Below are positions 16,757 to 26,652 of a stretch of DNA of 64,000 nucleotides, in pieces. The DNA is from Candidatus Peribacteria bacterium (GTDB lineage: Bacteria; Patescibacteriota; Gracilibacteria; Peribacterales; Peribacteraceae). The translations under genes were made by a program, and so were the position numbers. The notes under the pieces were generated by a model, which did no database searches, was not told where the DNA came from, and saw only the letters and a list, made by a program, of their open reading frames with translations. Location: positions 18,436 to 82,435 of the forward strand of contig CP082927.1 of the NCBI GenBank assembly GCA_023038255.1. The letters are read 5' to 3'. Positions within the stretch are counted from its first letter, which is position 1. The number at the start of each line of letters is the position of its first letter.

Positions 16757-18677
16757 GTCTGCCGCCCCCGCCGGCATGCATCCGGGCTCCGTCAATCTTG
16801 TCGGCATGCTCCGCAAAATGGCGCCGTTTTTGTTCGCAAAAAAGAAAAAGGTACAGCCGCATGAAGTGGCTGCAAAAAGAACAGCAGCAAAGCCCGTACA
16901 TCACGCCAAAGCAAAACCGCATCCGCATGCGCTTAAGGGAAAAGAAAAAGAATCGAAGCCGAAAGGATCTCTGGTCGTTGCAAAGAAAGAGGAAAAAATG
17001 ACGGACGATCAGGTGGCTGCAACCAAAGAGGCGCTGATGGAAGAGGAAGGATTCATGCAGAAGGTTGTGAAAACCGGCCCCACGGCAACTATCACCACCC
17101 CCAAAAAGAGCTTGTGGTCGATGTTCGCTCGCGCGCCAAAAGAGGAGGATGCACTGTTGCCTGCTGTATTGGCCCCAGCGGCACAAGAAGAAAAGCTGAC
17201 ACAGGAGGAACTCAAAGATGATCAATTTTTGAAGCATGTCGAGCAGAAGCGCTCAGACAGCGTGGTCGGGACCGCAACCGACGATCCGGATGCGCCGCCC
17301 CCACCGGATTTGGGTATCCGCCCGAAGACTGCTCTGGAAGCGTTTGCGGGTGGAACGGAACAGGCGCCATCCCCACAGGCAGATGCGGCTCCGGTGAAAG
17401 GGAAAATCATCTCTGCTGCACAGCTGAAAAAAGAAGCACAGGATGCCAAAGAAGCGGCAACCCGCATTGCCAGGCAGACAGAAAAAGAGATGAAAGAAGA
17501 ACAGGAAAACAAAGAGGCGGGTAAAAAAGAGGAGCCTGCAAAAGATGTGCCTCCCCCCGTACCGCACGCCAAGCGTGTCGGGCCGCAGCAGTCGAATGGA
17601 TTCCAGAAATTCATCGCATCGGTCGGTCACTTCGGCATGGGAAAAGAGCGCATGCAGTTCATTGAAAATCTCGCCACCATGTTGAATGCGGGGCTGCCGC
17701 TCATTGATGCACTGCGCACACTGGGCATGGAAACGCGCAACAAAGGTTTCCGGAAAATCATTATCCGCATTACCGAAACGGTCGAAAACGGAACACCGCT
17801 ATGGCGTGCTATGGACGCGGAAGACTTGTTCTCTTTGCATGCAATCGCTCTTGTACGCATAGGTGAAGAGGCCGGTAACCTCGCCAAAAACATGGAGTAC
17901 CTCGCGGCACAGGAAACCAAGGATCATGAACTCGTGCAGAAAGTGAAAATGGCAATGATCTATCCGAGCATCGTCATGGTCATCATGTTTGTGATTGTGA
18001 TGGGACTCGGAATGTTCGTGCTCCCCAACCTCATCGGTGTGCTGACGTCGCTCAATGTGGAACTGCCGTTCATCACCCGTATGGTGATCAAATTCAGTGA
18101 CGTGTTCTCTGCATACGGACTCATCATCGCACCCGGATCGATTCTCGGTATGGGACTCTTTGTCGTTCTGGCGAAGTACACGGTACTGAAAGTGCCGGTG
18201 CAGTGGCTGGTGTTCCGCATCCCCGGAATTGGCTCCCTGCTGCGCTCTGCAACCATTGCGCGCTTTGGTGTGATTGTCGGCGGACTCCTGAAAGCGGGTG
18301 TGCCGGTGGTCGATGCCGTGCAGTCTCTGGTCGAAGTGACGCCGATTCTTGTGTACCGCAGACTCTACGAAAAACTGCGCGATCACATTACGATCGGCGA
18401 CTCGTTCTCGAAGAGTTTTGCCGCTATCAAGGGTAGTCAGAAACTGCTCCCCGTGTCTGTGCAGCAGCTTGTGGTGACCGGTGAAAAATCCGGAGCGCTG
18501 GCGGACATCATGTTGAAAGTGGCCGATATCTACGACAAAAAAGCGAGCGAGACCGCACAGAAACTGCCGGTTATTCTAGAACCGATTCTCCTGCTGATTA
18601 TCGGTACGCTCGTGGGTACGATTGCATTCGCCATCATCGTGCCGATCTACTCGATTGTCGGAAACGTCGGACGGTGA
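16731..18677 (+). CDS. pilC: type IV pilus platform protein (GspF/PilC family) with a long charged N-terminal extension
   Basis: The GspF-like region covers the last ~355 aa (from FQKFIASVGHFGMGKERMQFIENLATML). Start is uncertain: ATG 16731 or 16776. Confidence 0.8.
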   Translation: MLKKTKQTKSAAPAGMHPGSVNLVGMLRKMAPFLFAKKKKVQPHEVAAKRTAAKPVHHAKAKPHPHALKGKEKESKPKGSLVVAKKEEKMTDDQVAATKEALMEEEGFMQKVVKTGPTATITTPKKSLWSMFARAPKEEDALLPAVLAPAAQEEKLTQEELKDDQFLKHVEQKRSDSVVGTATDDPDAPPPPDLGIRPKTALEAFAGGTEQAPSPQADAAPVKGKIISAAQLKKEAQDAKEAATRIARQTEKEMKEEQENKEAGKKEEPAKDVPPPVPHAKRVGPQQSNGFQKFIASVGHFGMGKERMQFIENLATMLNAGLPLIDALRTLGMETRNKGFRKIIIRITETVENGTPLWRAMDAEDLFSLHAIALVRIGEEAGNLAKNMEYLAAQETKDHELVQKVKMAMIYPSIVMVIMFVIVMGLGMFVLPNLIGVLTSLNVELPFITRMVIKFSDVFSAYGLIIAPGSILGMGLFVVLAKYTVLKVPVQWLVFRIPGIGSLLRSATIARFGVIVGGLLKAGVPVVDAVQSLVEVTPILVYRRLYEKLRDHITIGDSFSKSFAAIKGSQKLLPVSVQQLVVTGEKSGALADIMLKVADIYDKKASETAQKLPVILEPILLLIIGTLVGTIAFAIIVPIYSIVGNVGR

Positions 18678-18781
18678 AATAGCTTTTAGGACATGGACAT
18701 TTGGGATCAGAGACGAAAGAGCGTCAAGCTGTTTTGACGTTCTGCACAAGAAGAAGCGTGAAAGGTGGAATAGAATCACCG

Positions 18782-20038
18782 ATGAACTCTTCCTCCTTCC
18801 CCGCCCCTCCTATGAAGCGCGCAGGCTTTACTATCGTGGAAATGCTGATGGTGATCGGTATTATCGGCGTGATCAGTGGTGTCACTGTTCCGCTCTATCG
18901 TGATTACCAGGTTCGCAATGATTTGAACGTTGCCACCGAACAGGTGACGCAGGGATTGGCGCGCGCGCGTTTGCTTTCACAGTCTGCACAAAGTGATGCA
19001 GGGTGGGGATTCTACGTGCCGGCCGGCATTCTCTACAAAGGTGATTCCTATGCAACACGCGTTGCCGGAGCAGATGAGACCTATCCGATGCCGTCGACTA
19101 TTACGGTCACCGGTATTTTCGACATTTCCTATACAAAAGTGAAAGGCCAGCCCAGCTCCACCGGCTCCATTATTCTGACTGCGCTCGACAGCGAACAGCG
19201 CACTATTGAAATTGAAGTGCAGAAAGAAACAATTGCTGTGGTCGAAGGGGACAATCTCACCATTTGTCACAAAATCGGCGGATCTGCAGAGCAGACAAAA
19301 GTGATCCCCGATGCGGCATGGCCGGGACACCAGAATCACGGTGACACGCTCGGTGCTTGTGCCACAGCTGCAAGTTCTGTCAGCAGCTCCCGCTCGTCAT
19401 CACGTTCCAGCAGTTCAGTATCATCATCACGTTCTAGCTCGGCGCCTTCTTCCCTCTCCAGCAGCGTAGCCAGTGCAACCTGTGCTGACCGCTTCTCTGT
19501 CTCTGCCGATAACACCATTACAACAACCGGTCCGCTCAGCGTTATCTTCCAGTCACTCGGTGCACAGTTCGGATACGGAAACGGCGGCCCGACAGTGCCG
19601 GTTACCGTCAAATATTCCAAGAAAGCCAATGGAAACAGCGCGAGCAATCTCTTTAGCGGCAATGCCATCAACGGCACAGGGGGCGCAACGCAGACCGTGA
19701 CCGGATTTAAAAACGGCGACAAGGTTGTCCTGAAATTCCGCGCGTACTACAACGACAACGGCTGGCTGACCTATGACAACACAGTTGTCAGCAATGTGAA
19801 TAACGGATCTGTGAAAGTCCTCAGAAACGGTGATCTTGCGCCAACCATTCCGGGCTCCAGCGGGCAGCAAAGCGTGTCATCACTCCTCCAGCCGATTACG
19901 GTCAATGGCCGCATCAGCATCGGACAGTATGATGTCGTTATGATTGTGGACTTCAACTACGCCGACTGTCCTACCTGCACATCTGCTGACTTCCAGGATG
20001 GTATTGTGCTCGTTAAATTCCAGGCTCCGTCCTGCTAA
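18782..20038 (+). CDS. large pilin-like protein (class III signal, Ser-rich linker, C-terminal beta-rich domain)
   Basis: MKRAG/FTIVEML prepilin motif with Glu5. ATG 18812 is an alternative start. Ser-rich stretch at 19370-19471. Confidence 0.7.
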   Translation: MNSSSFPAPPMKRAGFTIVEMLMVIGIIGVISGVTVPLYRDYQVRNDLNVATEQVTQGLARARLLSQSAQSDAGWGFYVPAGILYKGDSYATRVAGADETYPMPSTITVTGIFDISYTKVKGQPSSTGSIILTALDSEQRTIEIEVQKETIAVVEGDNLTICHKIGGSAEQTKVIPDAAWPGHQNHGDTLGACATAASSVSSSRSSSRSSSSVSSSRSSSAPSSLSSSVASATCADRFSVSADNTITTTGPLSVIFQSLGAQFGYGNGGPTVPVTVKYSKKANGNSASNLFSGNAINGTGGATQTVTGFKNGDKVVLKFRAYYNDNGWLTYDNTVVSNVNNGSVKVLRNGDLAPTIPGSSGQQSVSSLLQPITVNGRISIGQYDVVMIVDFNYADCPTCTSADFQDGIVLVKFQAPSC

Positions 20039-20050
20039 ATGATCATTCCA

Positions 20051-20097
20051 AATCCGAAGTGCGATCAGGTCCTGCATATTCGCACTTCGGATTTTTT
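20051..20097 (+). terminator. intrinsic terminator
   Basis: 14-bp stem AATCCGAAGTGCGA / TCGCACTTCGGATT followed by a T-run. Confidence 0.75.
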
Positions 20098-20125
20098 GTT
20101 TCTATAAGGTACTCTGTCTCTCCGT

Positions 20126-21577
20126 ATGGTTCCTGTCATCCATAGGAAACAACGGCCGGGCTATCTGCTCCTGGAAGCGCTGCTCGGTATGGCGATTTTT
20201 TCGATCTTCATGTCCGCACTCGGCATGACGCTTTTGTACGGACAGGAAAATACGGTGAATGCCGGTGACCGCACCCGCGGCGTCTATCTTGCGTCCCGTA
20301 CCATGGAAGGAGTCCGGGCTATCCGCGATGGTTCGTTTTCGTCGGTGACAACAGGAACAAAAGGAGTCTGGGTGAATCCGGCAACACATCGCTGGGCGTT
20401 CAGCGGCACGAGCATGACGCTGAGTGGTTCGTACGTCACCAGTGTGACTATTTCTTCGAAGGCCAGTGATTGGCTGGCATTTACCGGGACAACCAGCTGG
20501 AAACACGGATACAACAGAGCGGGGGTTATTACGCTGACGGGGGAAGTAACTGACTGGCGATCTGCCAAATCTGTCGGCAACTGGGGAACACCGACACTGG
20601 AAGGAAGTCTGGCGCCTGGTGGAACCCCGCTCTTCAACAAGCTTGCGATTGCGGGAAACGTTGCCTATGTCACATGCAATGCAACGACGGGTTTGTACAT
20701 GATCAATATTGCCAATACCGCAACGCCGGCACGACTGAATAGCGCATTTTCCATCGGTTACAGTGCGTACGATGTCGTCATCCGCGGCAAGCGCATGTAC
20801 GTTCTGACTTCAGATTCGAATGCAGAGCTGAAGGTGTATAGCATTACGAACCCATCAGTCCCCACCCTTATCACCAGTTATAATCTGCCGGGGAACGGAC
20901 TTGGTACATCGCTCGCGACGGGCTTTTATGATCTCTATGTGACCGCCACGTACAGCGCGACAGCGGGCCAGTATGAACTGTATGCATTTGATATTTCCAA
21001 CAGCGGCAGCGTTGTCCTGACCAGTGGCATCAACGATACAGCAACCATGCATGCCATTGCCCTGTCCGGGACGTCGGCTTATATCGGCAGCGCGCAGGAT
21101 ACGGGAGAGCTGACAGTGATGTACACATCTGCAACCGGTGCGATCACAGCCAACGGGACTTTCAACCTGACCGACCGTACACTGAACGGTATTGCCATCG
21201 CCGTGTCGGGCACCTCGGCTATTCTCGGAACAGAAAAAGGGACAAGTATTTCCGAGATGGCGCTCTTCAGTGTCGGAAGCGGTGTGCCTTCCGCCCTGCC
21301 TGGTCCGTGGTATCACGAAACAAGCGGCAGTCTCCTGGATGTCGATATGGATCCGTACCGCTGCTACACATTCGTAGCGGTCAGCTCCGGACGCAAAGCA
21401 TTCCAGGTGGTGAACATGCGCAATAAAACAACACTGCCGGAACTGTATTCCTACAACTCTTCTACCGGCCTCGGGCGCGGACTGACGTACGACGCTGTGC
21501 GTGACAGGGTGTTTGTGACAACTGACAGTGCCATTCTGATATTCAGCCCCGCTGCTTCCGGAGGAAACTGCCCATGA
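20126..21577 (+). CDS. pilin-like protein with repeat (LVIVD/beta-propeller-like) C-terminal domain
   Basis: RPG/YLLLEAL prepilin motif. Repeats of the type MYVLTSDSNAELKVYSITNPSVP. Confidence 0.65.
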   Translation: MVPVIHRKQRPGYLLLEALLGMAIFSIFMSALGMTLLYGQENTVNAGDRTRGVYLASRTMEGVRAIRDGSFSSVTTGTKGVWVNPATHRWAFSGTSMTLSGSYVTSVTISSKASDWLAFTGTTSWKHGYNRAGVITLTGEVTDWRSAKSVGNWGTPTLEGSLAPGGTPLFNKLAIAGNVAYVTCNATTGLYMINIANTATPARLNSAFSIGYSAYDVVIRGKRMYVLTSDSNAELKVYSITNPSVPTLITSYNLPGNGLGTSLATGFYDLYVTATYSATAGQYELYAFDISNSGSVVLTSGINDTATMHAIALSGTSAYIGSAQDTGELTVMYTSATGAITANGTFNLTDRTLNGIAIAVSGTSAILGTEKGTSISEMALFSVGSGVPSALPGPWYHETSGSLLDVDMDPYRCYTFVAVSSGRKAFQVVNMRNKTTLPELYSYNSSTGLGRGLTYDAVRDRVFVTTDSAILIFSPAASGGNCP

Positions 21578-21990
21578 TGCATCTACGCGCACGCAACGGC
21601 TATGTCTTCCTGGTCACGGTTCTCATGATCGGGGCGATTGCGTCGACCACACTTCTCTCCCTGCTCCTGCTTGGATGGGCGGCGGAACAGAACGGCGCAC
21701 TGGTTGAGCGTTCCCAGCATGCATTTGAACTGATGCAGATTTGTGCTGAACGTTCCCTGCGCTCCCTGCGTCTTGACCCGACCTACGCGGGGAATGAAAC
21801 ATTCACATTCGCCAGGGGGACCTGCAAAGTGTATGACATAGGCGGCAGCGGGAATCTCGACCGCACGCTCTGCATTGAAAGCGTGAGCGGTCCGGTGACC
21901 CGGCGTGTCGAAATACAGGTGAACAGGATTTTCCCTCTTACGACTATCCGTTCCTGGCAGGAAGTCACCGCATTCACCCGTTGCACATGA
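21574..21990 (+). CDS. minor pilin-like protein lacking Glu5 (PilX/GspK-like)
   Basis: NG/YVFLVTVLMIGAI. ATGA overlap with the upstream gene. Confidence 0.5.
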   Translation: MMHLRARNGYVFLVTVLMIGAIASTTLLSLLLLGWAAEQNGALVERSQHAFELMQICAERSLRSLRLDPTYAGNETFTFARGTCKVYDIGGSGNLDRTLCIESVSGPVTRRVEIQVNRIFPLTTIRSWQEVTAFTRCT

Positions 21991-22631
21991 CCAACCGTTT
22001 CTTCCAGCGTCGGGCCGGCAGTACACTCGTGGAGCTGCTGATTTTTGCTGCACTGCTGGGCATTGTGATGGGCGCCGTCCTTCCGTTGCTCTTCATGGCT
22101 GCGGAAGACAGACTCCTGCAGCAGACTATTTCTCTCGTCGAAAGAAACGGAGTGCAGGCCATGCAGAACATTACCCAGCGCGTCCGGAACGGTGAGCGGA
22201 TTATTACGCCTGCGCTCGGTATGACAGGATCGGTTCTTGTAGTGCAGACAAGTTCGGGAGCTATCAATCCCACTATAGTCGGCATCAACAGCGGCTCTCT
22301 GATTGTCATTGAGCGTGTCACCAAAGAAATCATCACGTCATCACAGGTGGCAATCACACATTTTGAAGTCAGAAACACGTCGGTATCAGACACCCATCCG
22401 AGTGTCGAAATTATCTTCAATGTCTCGCGCACCACGCGCCTCCAGCAGCCGCACTCCTACGGGGAAATATTCAGAAGCAGCATCACACTTTTTCCGAATG
22501 ATCTTCCATCCGGTGCCAATGACCAATGTGTAGCGCCATTTTGCCTGCCGGCCAATACATTCAACTGGCAGATTTATGATCCGGTGTCGGCTGACTGTCT
22601 GGAAGCGACATTGCCGATGACATGTACCTAG
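21987..22631 (+). CDS. minor pilin-like protein
   Basis: RAG/STLVELL prepilin motif. ATG 21987 overlaps the upstream TGA. Confidence 0.6.
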   Translation: MTNRFFQRRAGSTLVELLIFAALLGIVMGAVLPLLFMAAEDRLLQQTISLVERNGVQAMQNITQRVRNGERIITPALGMTGSVLVVQTSSGAINPTIVGINSGSLIVIERVTKEIITSSQVAITHFEVRNTSVSDTHPSVEIIFNVSRTTRLQQPHSYGEIFRSSITLFPNDLPSGANDQCVAPFCLPANTFNWQIYDPVSADCLEATLPMTCT

Positions 22632-22762
22632 CGCCGCATAACCCGTCCTCTTTCAGAGTGCAGTCAAGACAGAAAAATTTTACGTGCGCCCATTGTTGTT
22701 ACAATAAGGTCCACTTCCAGGACAGATTCTTGTCTGTCCGATCATTCTCTTCCCTTACTTTT

Positions 22763-23212
22763 ATGAGTTTTTCTGCTCTTCGAGCACGAAAAGGGTTCAC
22801 GCTCATTGAACTCCTGCTCGTGATCGGCATCATTGCCATCCTGGCATCCATCGTCATTGTGGCGATCAACCCGACCAAGCAGTTGGCTGACGCTCGCAAC
22901 GCACAGCGCCGCGCGGATGTGAACACCATCCTCAACGCCGTGTACCAGTACGCGATCGACAACAACGGTAACCTCCCGACAACCATCACCACCACCGCTC
23001 AGATGGTTTGCGCAACAGGCGCAGCTGACTGTACGGGTAAGGTCGATCTCGATGTCCTCACAGGTTCCTACATTGTCAAACTCCCGATGGATCCGCAGGT
23101 CGATTCCGCTTCCGGTGGAACCGCTTACGTCATCGGTATCGACAGCAGCAACCGCGTGACTGTTTCCGCACCTCGTGCAGAACAGGGCGTCACGATCAGC
23201 GCACAGCGCTAA
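22763..23212 (+). CDS. type IV pilin (major-pilin type)
   Basis: MSFSALRARKG/FTLIELLLVIGIIAILASIV; 149 aa; followed by a hairpin. Confidence 0.8.
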   Translation: MSFSALRARKGFTLIELLLVIGIIAILASIVIVAINPTKQLADARNAQRRADVNTILNAVYQYAIDNNGNLPTTITTTAQMVCATGAADCTGKVDLDVLTGSYIVKLPMDPQVDSASGGTAYVIGIDSSNRVTVSAPRAEQGVTISAQR

Positions 23213-23248
23213 TCGTCCGTCTTTTAGTATCGAAAAAGTATGAGCAAA

Positions 23249-23280
23249 CAATGCCTCCGCAAGGGGGCATTGCTTTATAA
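23249..23280 (+). terminator. hairpin downstream of the pilin gene (weak T-run)
   Basis: 10-bp stem CAATGCCTCC/GGGGGCATTG with a GCAA loop, then CTTTAT. Confidence 0.4.
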
Positions 23281-23307
23281 AAAGAATCATTGATAAACTG
23301 CCGGTTG

Positions 23308-23760
23308 ATGCATCCTTCCCTTTGTCATCGCCGCGCGGGTTTTACGCTTCTGGAACTTCTGGTGGTGATCGGCATCATTGGTGCACTCGCATCGATTGTT
23401 GTCGCCGCTCTCAGCCCCACGCGCCAACTTGCATCCAGTCGTGATGCAAAGCGGCAGAGTGATGTGAATGCGATTCTGAATGCGGTGTATCAGTACACCA
23501 TTGATCATAAGGGCATACTGCCCGGAGGAATCCCTCAGGGAGATACGCCGCGGGGTATTTGTACTGTCACGGCAACGAGCTGCAACAACGGTGTGAATCT
23601 GAGAATACTATCGGGTTCGTATCTGGTCGCTATCCCCATTGATCCGCGTGCGCCGGAAAACGGAACGGGCACCATGTACTTCATCCATCAGAACACAAAC
23701 AGCCGTCTGACGGTTACGGCCCCGCTCGCCGAGGAAAAATCTATCGTTGTGACGCGCTAA
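23308..23760 (+). CDS. type IV pilin paralogue
   Basis: HRRAG/FTLLELLVVIGIIGALASIV. Shares DVN.ILNAVYQY with 22763..23212. Confidence 0.75.
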   Translation: MHPSLCHRRAGFTLLELLVVIGIIGALASIVVAALSPTRQLASSRDAKRQSDVNAILNAVYQYTIDHKGILPGGIPQGDTPRGICTVTATSCNNGVNLRILSGSYLVAIPIDPRAPENGTGTMYFIHQNTNSRLTVTAPLAEEKSIVVTR

Positions 23761-23838
23761 ACAGGGTTTTAAAGTCATTATAACAGCCAGAATCCCGGAA
23801 CGGCTTGGCCGGCTTCTCTGGCGAAAATCGGACTTTTT

Positions 23839-23847
23839 TGCTATAAT
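23839..23847 (+). promoter_or_regulatory. extended -10 box TGCTATAAT upstream of the kinase gene
   Basis: 20 nt upstream of ATG 23868. Confidence 0.45.
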
Positions 23848-23867
23848 AAGAGGAAAACACACATTCT

Positions 23868-26096
23868 ATGCCAGACGCACCTGCGCCGTCCCCATTGGCA
23901 GCATCACGCACCTCGATTCTGCGTCGTATGGTCATGCAGGCTGCGATTCTGACCACATTCATCATTGTGCTTTTTTCAACGGTGTCGTTCATCATCGCAC
24001 AGCGCATTTTGCAGGAATCGGTGCTCACACAGCTCTCCTCTCTTGCAACTGCATCGGAGGAAGGTTTGGAACAAACGCTGTCCCTCGCACGCGAACGCGC
24101 ATCCTTACTTTCAGCAAATACAGAGGTGAAGCGTGTCTTTGCGGGCCAGGCGGGATCAGCAGAGCTTGGACGATTGCTCGCCGTGTTACAGCGTGATGAG
24201 CCGGCCCTTGCCGGTATCGAAGTCTACAATGCCGGCACCCAGATTCTCGGACAGGCCGGAGAGGCTGTCGGGTTACCTGCAGAAGCACTGCGCATGCCGT
24301 TTCACCGTCCGGTGATAGGGAAAACCGGCTGGCAGTGGTATGACGCGTTTACGCCGGTATGGGATGAGCAGGCGAATAAGATTGGAATCATTGCGCTTCG
24401 CTACCGCGCTACACCATTCATTGAGCCTCTCCTGCGCCTGGCACCCGCTCTGGGTGGCAGCGCCCGCACGATTTTCGGGGTGGAACAGAGCGGTCGCATT
24501 ATCGTTATGCACCCCGATAGAAATGCAGAGCAGTCCTACATTCTCTATGTAAAAACAGCCGATGATGGTGTTGCCGGTATGCCGATTGCCCGTGGCGTCT
24601 TTGGAGAGGAAGGTGTCGGACGTTTTTACGATGAACAGGGGCGCGATGCGCTCGCTGCGTACCGTGTGCTGCCTTCTCTTGGTTGGGGAATGGCGGTGCA
24701 GATTGATCGCGATACCGCTCTCCAGCAGACAGAATCGCTTGCGTTCTCTGCTGCCATGCTTGGCGCGCTGCTCATTCTCCTCTCGATTGCTCTTGCCTAT
24801 CTCCTCTCTTCCGAACTGACAGCCCCGCTCCGCGGTCTTGCACGCCGCGTGTCGGAGCTGCGCCCGGGTCACTGGAAAATCCAGCAGACTGTCCGCACCG
24901 GCGACGAAGTGGAAATGCTTGAGCATCAGATTGCAGATATGAGTGTGCGCCTGGAACAGCTCTACAAAAATCAGGAACACGAAATTACACAGCGCACTGC
25001 CGCACTCCGGAAACAGTACACACTCGATCGTACGATTCTCGACAGCATTGATCAGGGTGTGATCACCGTCGACCGCAAAGGCATGATTATGGGGGTTAAC
25101 CCCGCCGCCGCCCGTCTGCTTGCACGCAAGAAAGAAACAATCATTGGTACATCTGCCGTGAAGGCACTGGATCTGCGCGGACACCGCGGCACACCCCTTG
25201 GCATCACACACCCGCTTACCACCTGCCTGCAGAAACGCCGCCAGGTCCGCTCCCCTGCTGATGCACACTGGAACATCATGCGCACGGACAGCACCATGCT
25301 GCCGGTTCTTCTTGCAGTCAGTCCGCTCACTGACGGCAAAACATTCTTCGGTGCCATCATTGTGCTGCAGGATATTACAGAAGAACGCAGACTTGATTAT
25401 CTCAAGTCCGAATTCATCACGCTCGCATCACACCAGCTCCGCACGCCGCTCTCCGCCATCCGCTGGTATGTAGAACTCTTTGACGAGGAAAAGAAAACAC
25501 TTACAGCGGACCAGCGTTCGTACCTGAAAGAAATTGATCATGGTCTCGACCGTATGGTCGCGTTGCTCACCGCCCTTCTCCATGCATCCCATCTGGAAGG
25601 CGAAGGTCTCCGTCCGGAAATGCAGATCATCGACGCCGGCGCACTCGTCCGCGAAATGGAAAAAGACTGCGAGACGATGGCAGGCGAAGCAGGTCTGCAC
25701 TGCATGCTCAGCGCCCCGCGCCGCAAGATTATGGTCAAAACCGATCCGACTCTGCTGCGTATTGTGCTGCAGAACCTGGTCAGCAATGCTGTGAAATATT
25801 CCCGCAAAGGAAAGCGCATCAGTATTGGATTTTCTGCGAATAAGAGCACTATTGTGTTCTCTGTGCAGGACGAAGGTGTCGGTATTCCGGTTGCCGAACA
25901 GAAGCGTGTTTTCCAGCGCTTCTTCCGTGCAAAGAACGTCCGCCAGATGGATACCGATGGAAACGGACTCGGACTCTACATCACGAAATCCATTGTCGAG
26001 CGCCTTGGTGGCACGATTGAATTCAAGAGCCGTGAGAATGAAGGAACAACATTTACGGTGACCTTTCCGGTGAATGGGAAAAAGAAGGCTGCGTAA
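23868..26096 (+). CDS. sensor histidine kinase (periplasmic sensor, HAMP, PAS, HisKA, HATPase)
   Basis: H-box SHQLRTPLSAI, N-box NLVSNAVKYS, DEGVGIP, GNGLGLY. Two TM helices flank a ~270-aa sensor region. Confidence 0.85.
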   Translation: MPDAPAPSPLAASRTSILRRMVMQAAILTTFIIVLFSTVSFIIAQRILQESVLTQLSSLATASEEGLEQTLSLARERASLLSANTEVKRVFAGQAGSAELGRLLAVLQRDEPALAGIEVYNAGTQILGQAGEAVGLPAEALRMPFHRPVIGKTGWQWYDAFTPVWDEQANKIGIIALRYRATPFIEPLLRLAPALGGSARTIFGVEQSGRIIVMHPDRNAEQSYILYVKTADDGVAGMPIARGVFGEEGVGRFYDEQGRDALAAYRVLPSLGWGMAVQIDRDTALQQTESLAFSAAMLGALLILLSIALAYLLSSELTAPLRGLARRVSELRPGHWKIQQTVRTGDEVEMLEHQIADMSVRLEQLYKNQEHEITQRTAALRKQYTLDRTILDSIDQGVITVDRKGMIMGVNPAAARLLARKKETIIGTSAVKALDLRGHRGTPLGITHPLTTCLQKRRQVRSPADAHWNIMRTDSTMLPVLLAVSPLTDGKTFFGAIIVLQDITEERRLDYLKSEFITLASHQLRTPLSAIRWYVELFDEEKKTLTADQRSYLKEIDHGLDRMVALLTALLHASHLEGEGLRPEMQIIDAGALVREMEKDCETMAGEAGLHCMLSAPRRKIMVKTDPTLLRIVLQNLVSNAVKYSRKGKRISIGFSANKSTIVFSVQDEGVGIPVAEQKRVFQRFFRAKNVRQMDTDGNGLGLYITKSIVERLGGTIEFKSRENEGTTFTVTFPVNGKKKAA

Positions 26097-26124
26097 AAAA
26101 GACCTCCGCGCTCGGGCGAAGGTC
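26095..26124 (-). terminator. intrinsic terminator for the minus-strand orphan gene
   Basis: Stem 26101-26109 / 26116-26124, with a G-U pair only on the minus strand. U6 follows on the minus strand. Confidence 0.5.
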
Positions 26125-26181
26125 AAAAAAGGAAAGGAATAGTTGTTCTCCCACATCGATAATTTGGGTGCTATGTTCCGA

Positions 26182-26652
26182 CTACGAAGCGGTGGCAGTG
26201 ATGCTTTGCCGGAGCGCTTCTGTCGACGTACGTCGTCTGCCCTGCAGCAACTTTGTTTTGATCAAACAGGATTCCAGGGGCGGAGTGGCGTCGATGGTGT
26301 CGAGAATGTCGCGCATGACCATTGTATCGACGGCAAAATCCAGTTCCCATCCGACGATCTCGTCCGAGTCATTCGTCAACGCTGCAACACTCAAACATGC
26401 ACCATTGAATCGAAAGATGATCGTATCGTCTGTTTCCGTTTGTTCAATAGGATCGGACGTGGCCGCTTCAATGTAGCGTCGCGTACATTCCTCTTCGTTC
26501 TTCCCCCCGATTGATCGTAAAAATGATTGGCACGCTGAGACGCTGATCGTTGCGTCATAGGCTTTTGGACCTTTCAAACCTGGCATGATTTTCAGTAATG
26601 CCATTGCCAGATCGAGGTTGCCTGTCCGGACTGTCAAACTTAGCCTCTGCAT
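26182..26652 (-). CDS. hypothetical protein
   Basis: ATG 26652 is preceded by AAGGAGGAAATT. No recognisable motif. Confidence 0.5.
   Translation of the reverse strand: MQRLSLTVRTGNLDLAMALLKIMPGLKGPKAYDATISVSACQSFLRSIGGKNEEECTRRYIEAATSDPIEQTETDDTIIFRFNGACLSVAALTNDSDEIVGWELDFAVDTMVMRDILDTIDATPPLESCLIKTKLLQGRRRTSTEALRQSITATAS

Noticed and set aside
21575-21577. Possible UGA recoding (alternative genetic code seen in some CPR lineages)
   Set aside because: TGA terminates several genes at expected lengths (here with an ATGA overlap; also 53543-53545 and 58173-58175). No conserved protein requires read-through.
24273-26156. Long minus-strand ORFs 24273..25268 and 25428..26156
   Set aside because: They are antisense to the histidine kinase, whose H, N and G boxes are intact on the plus strand.
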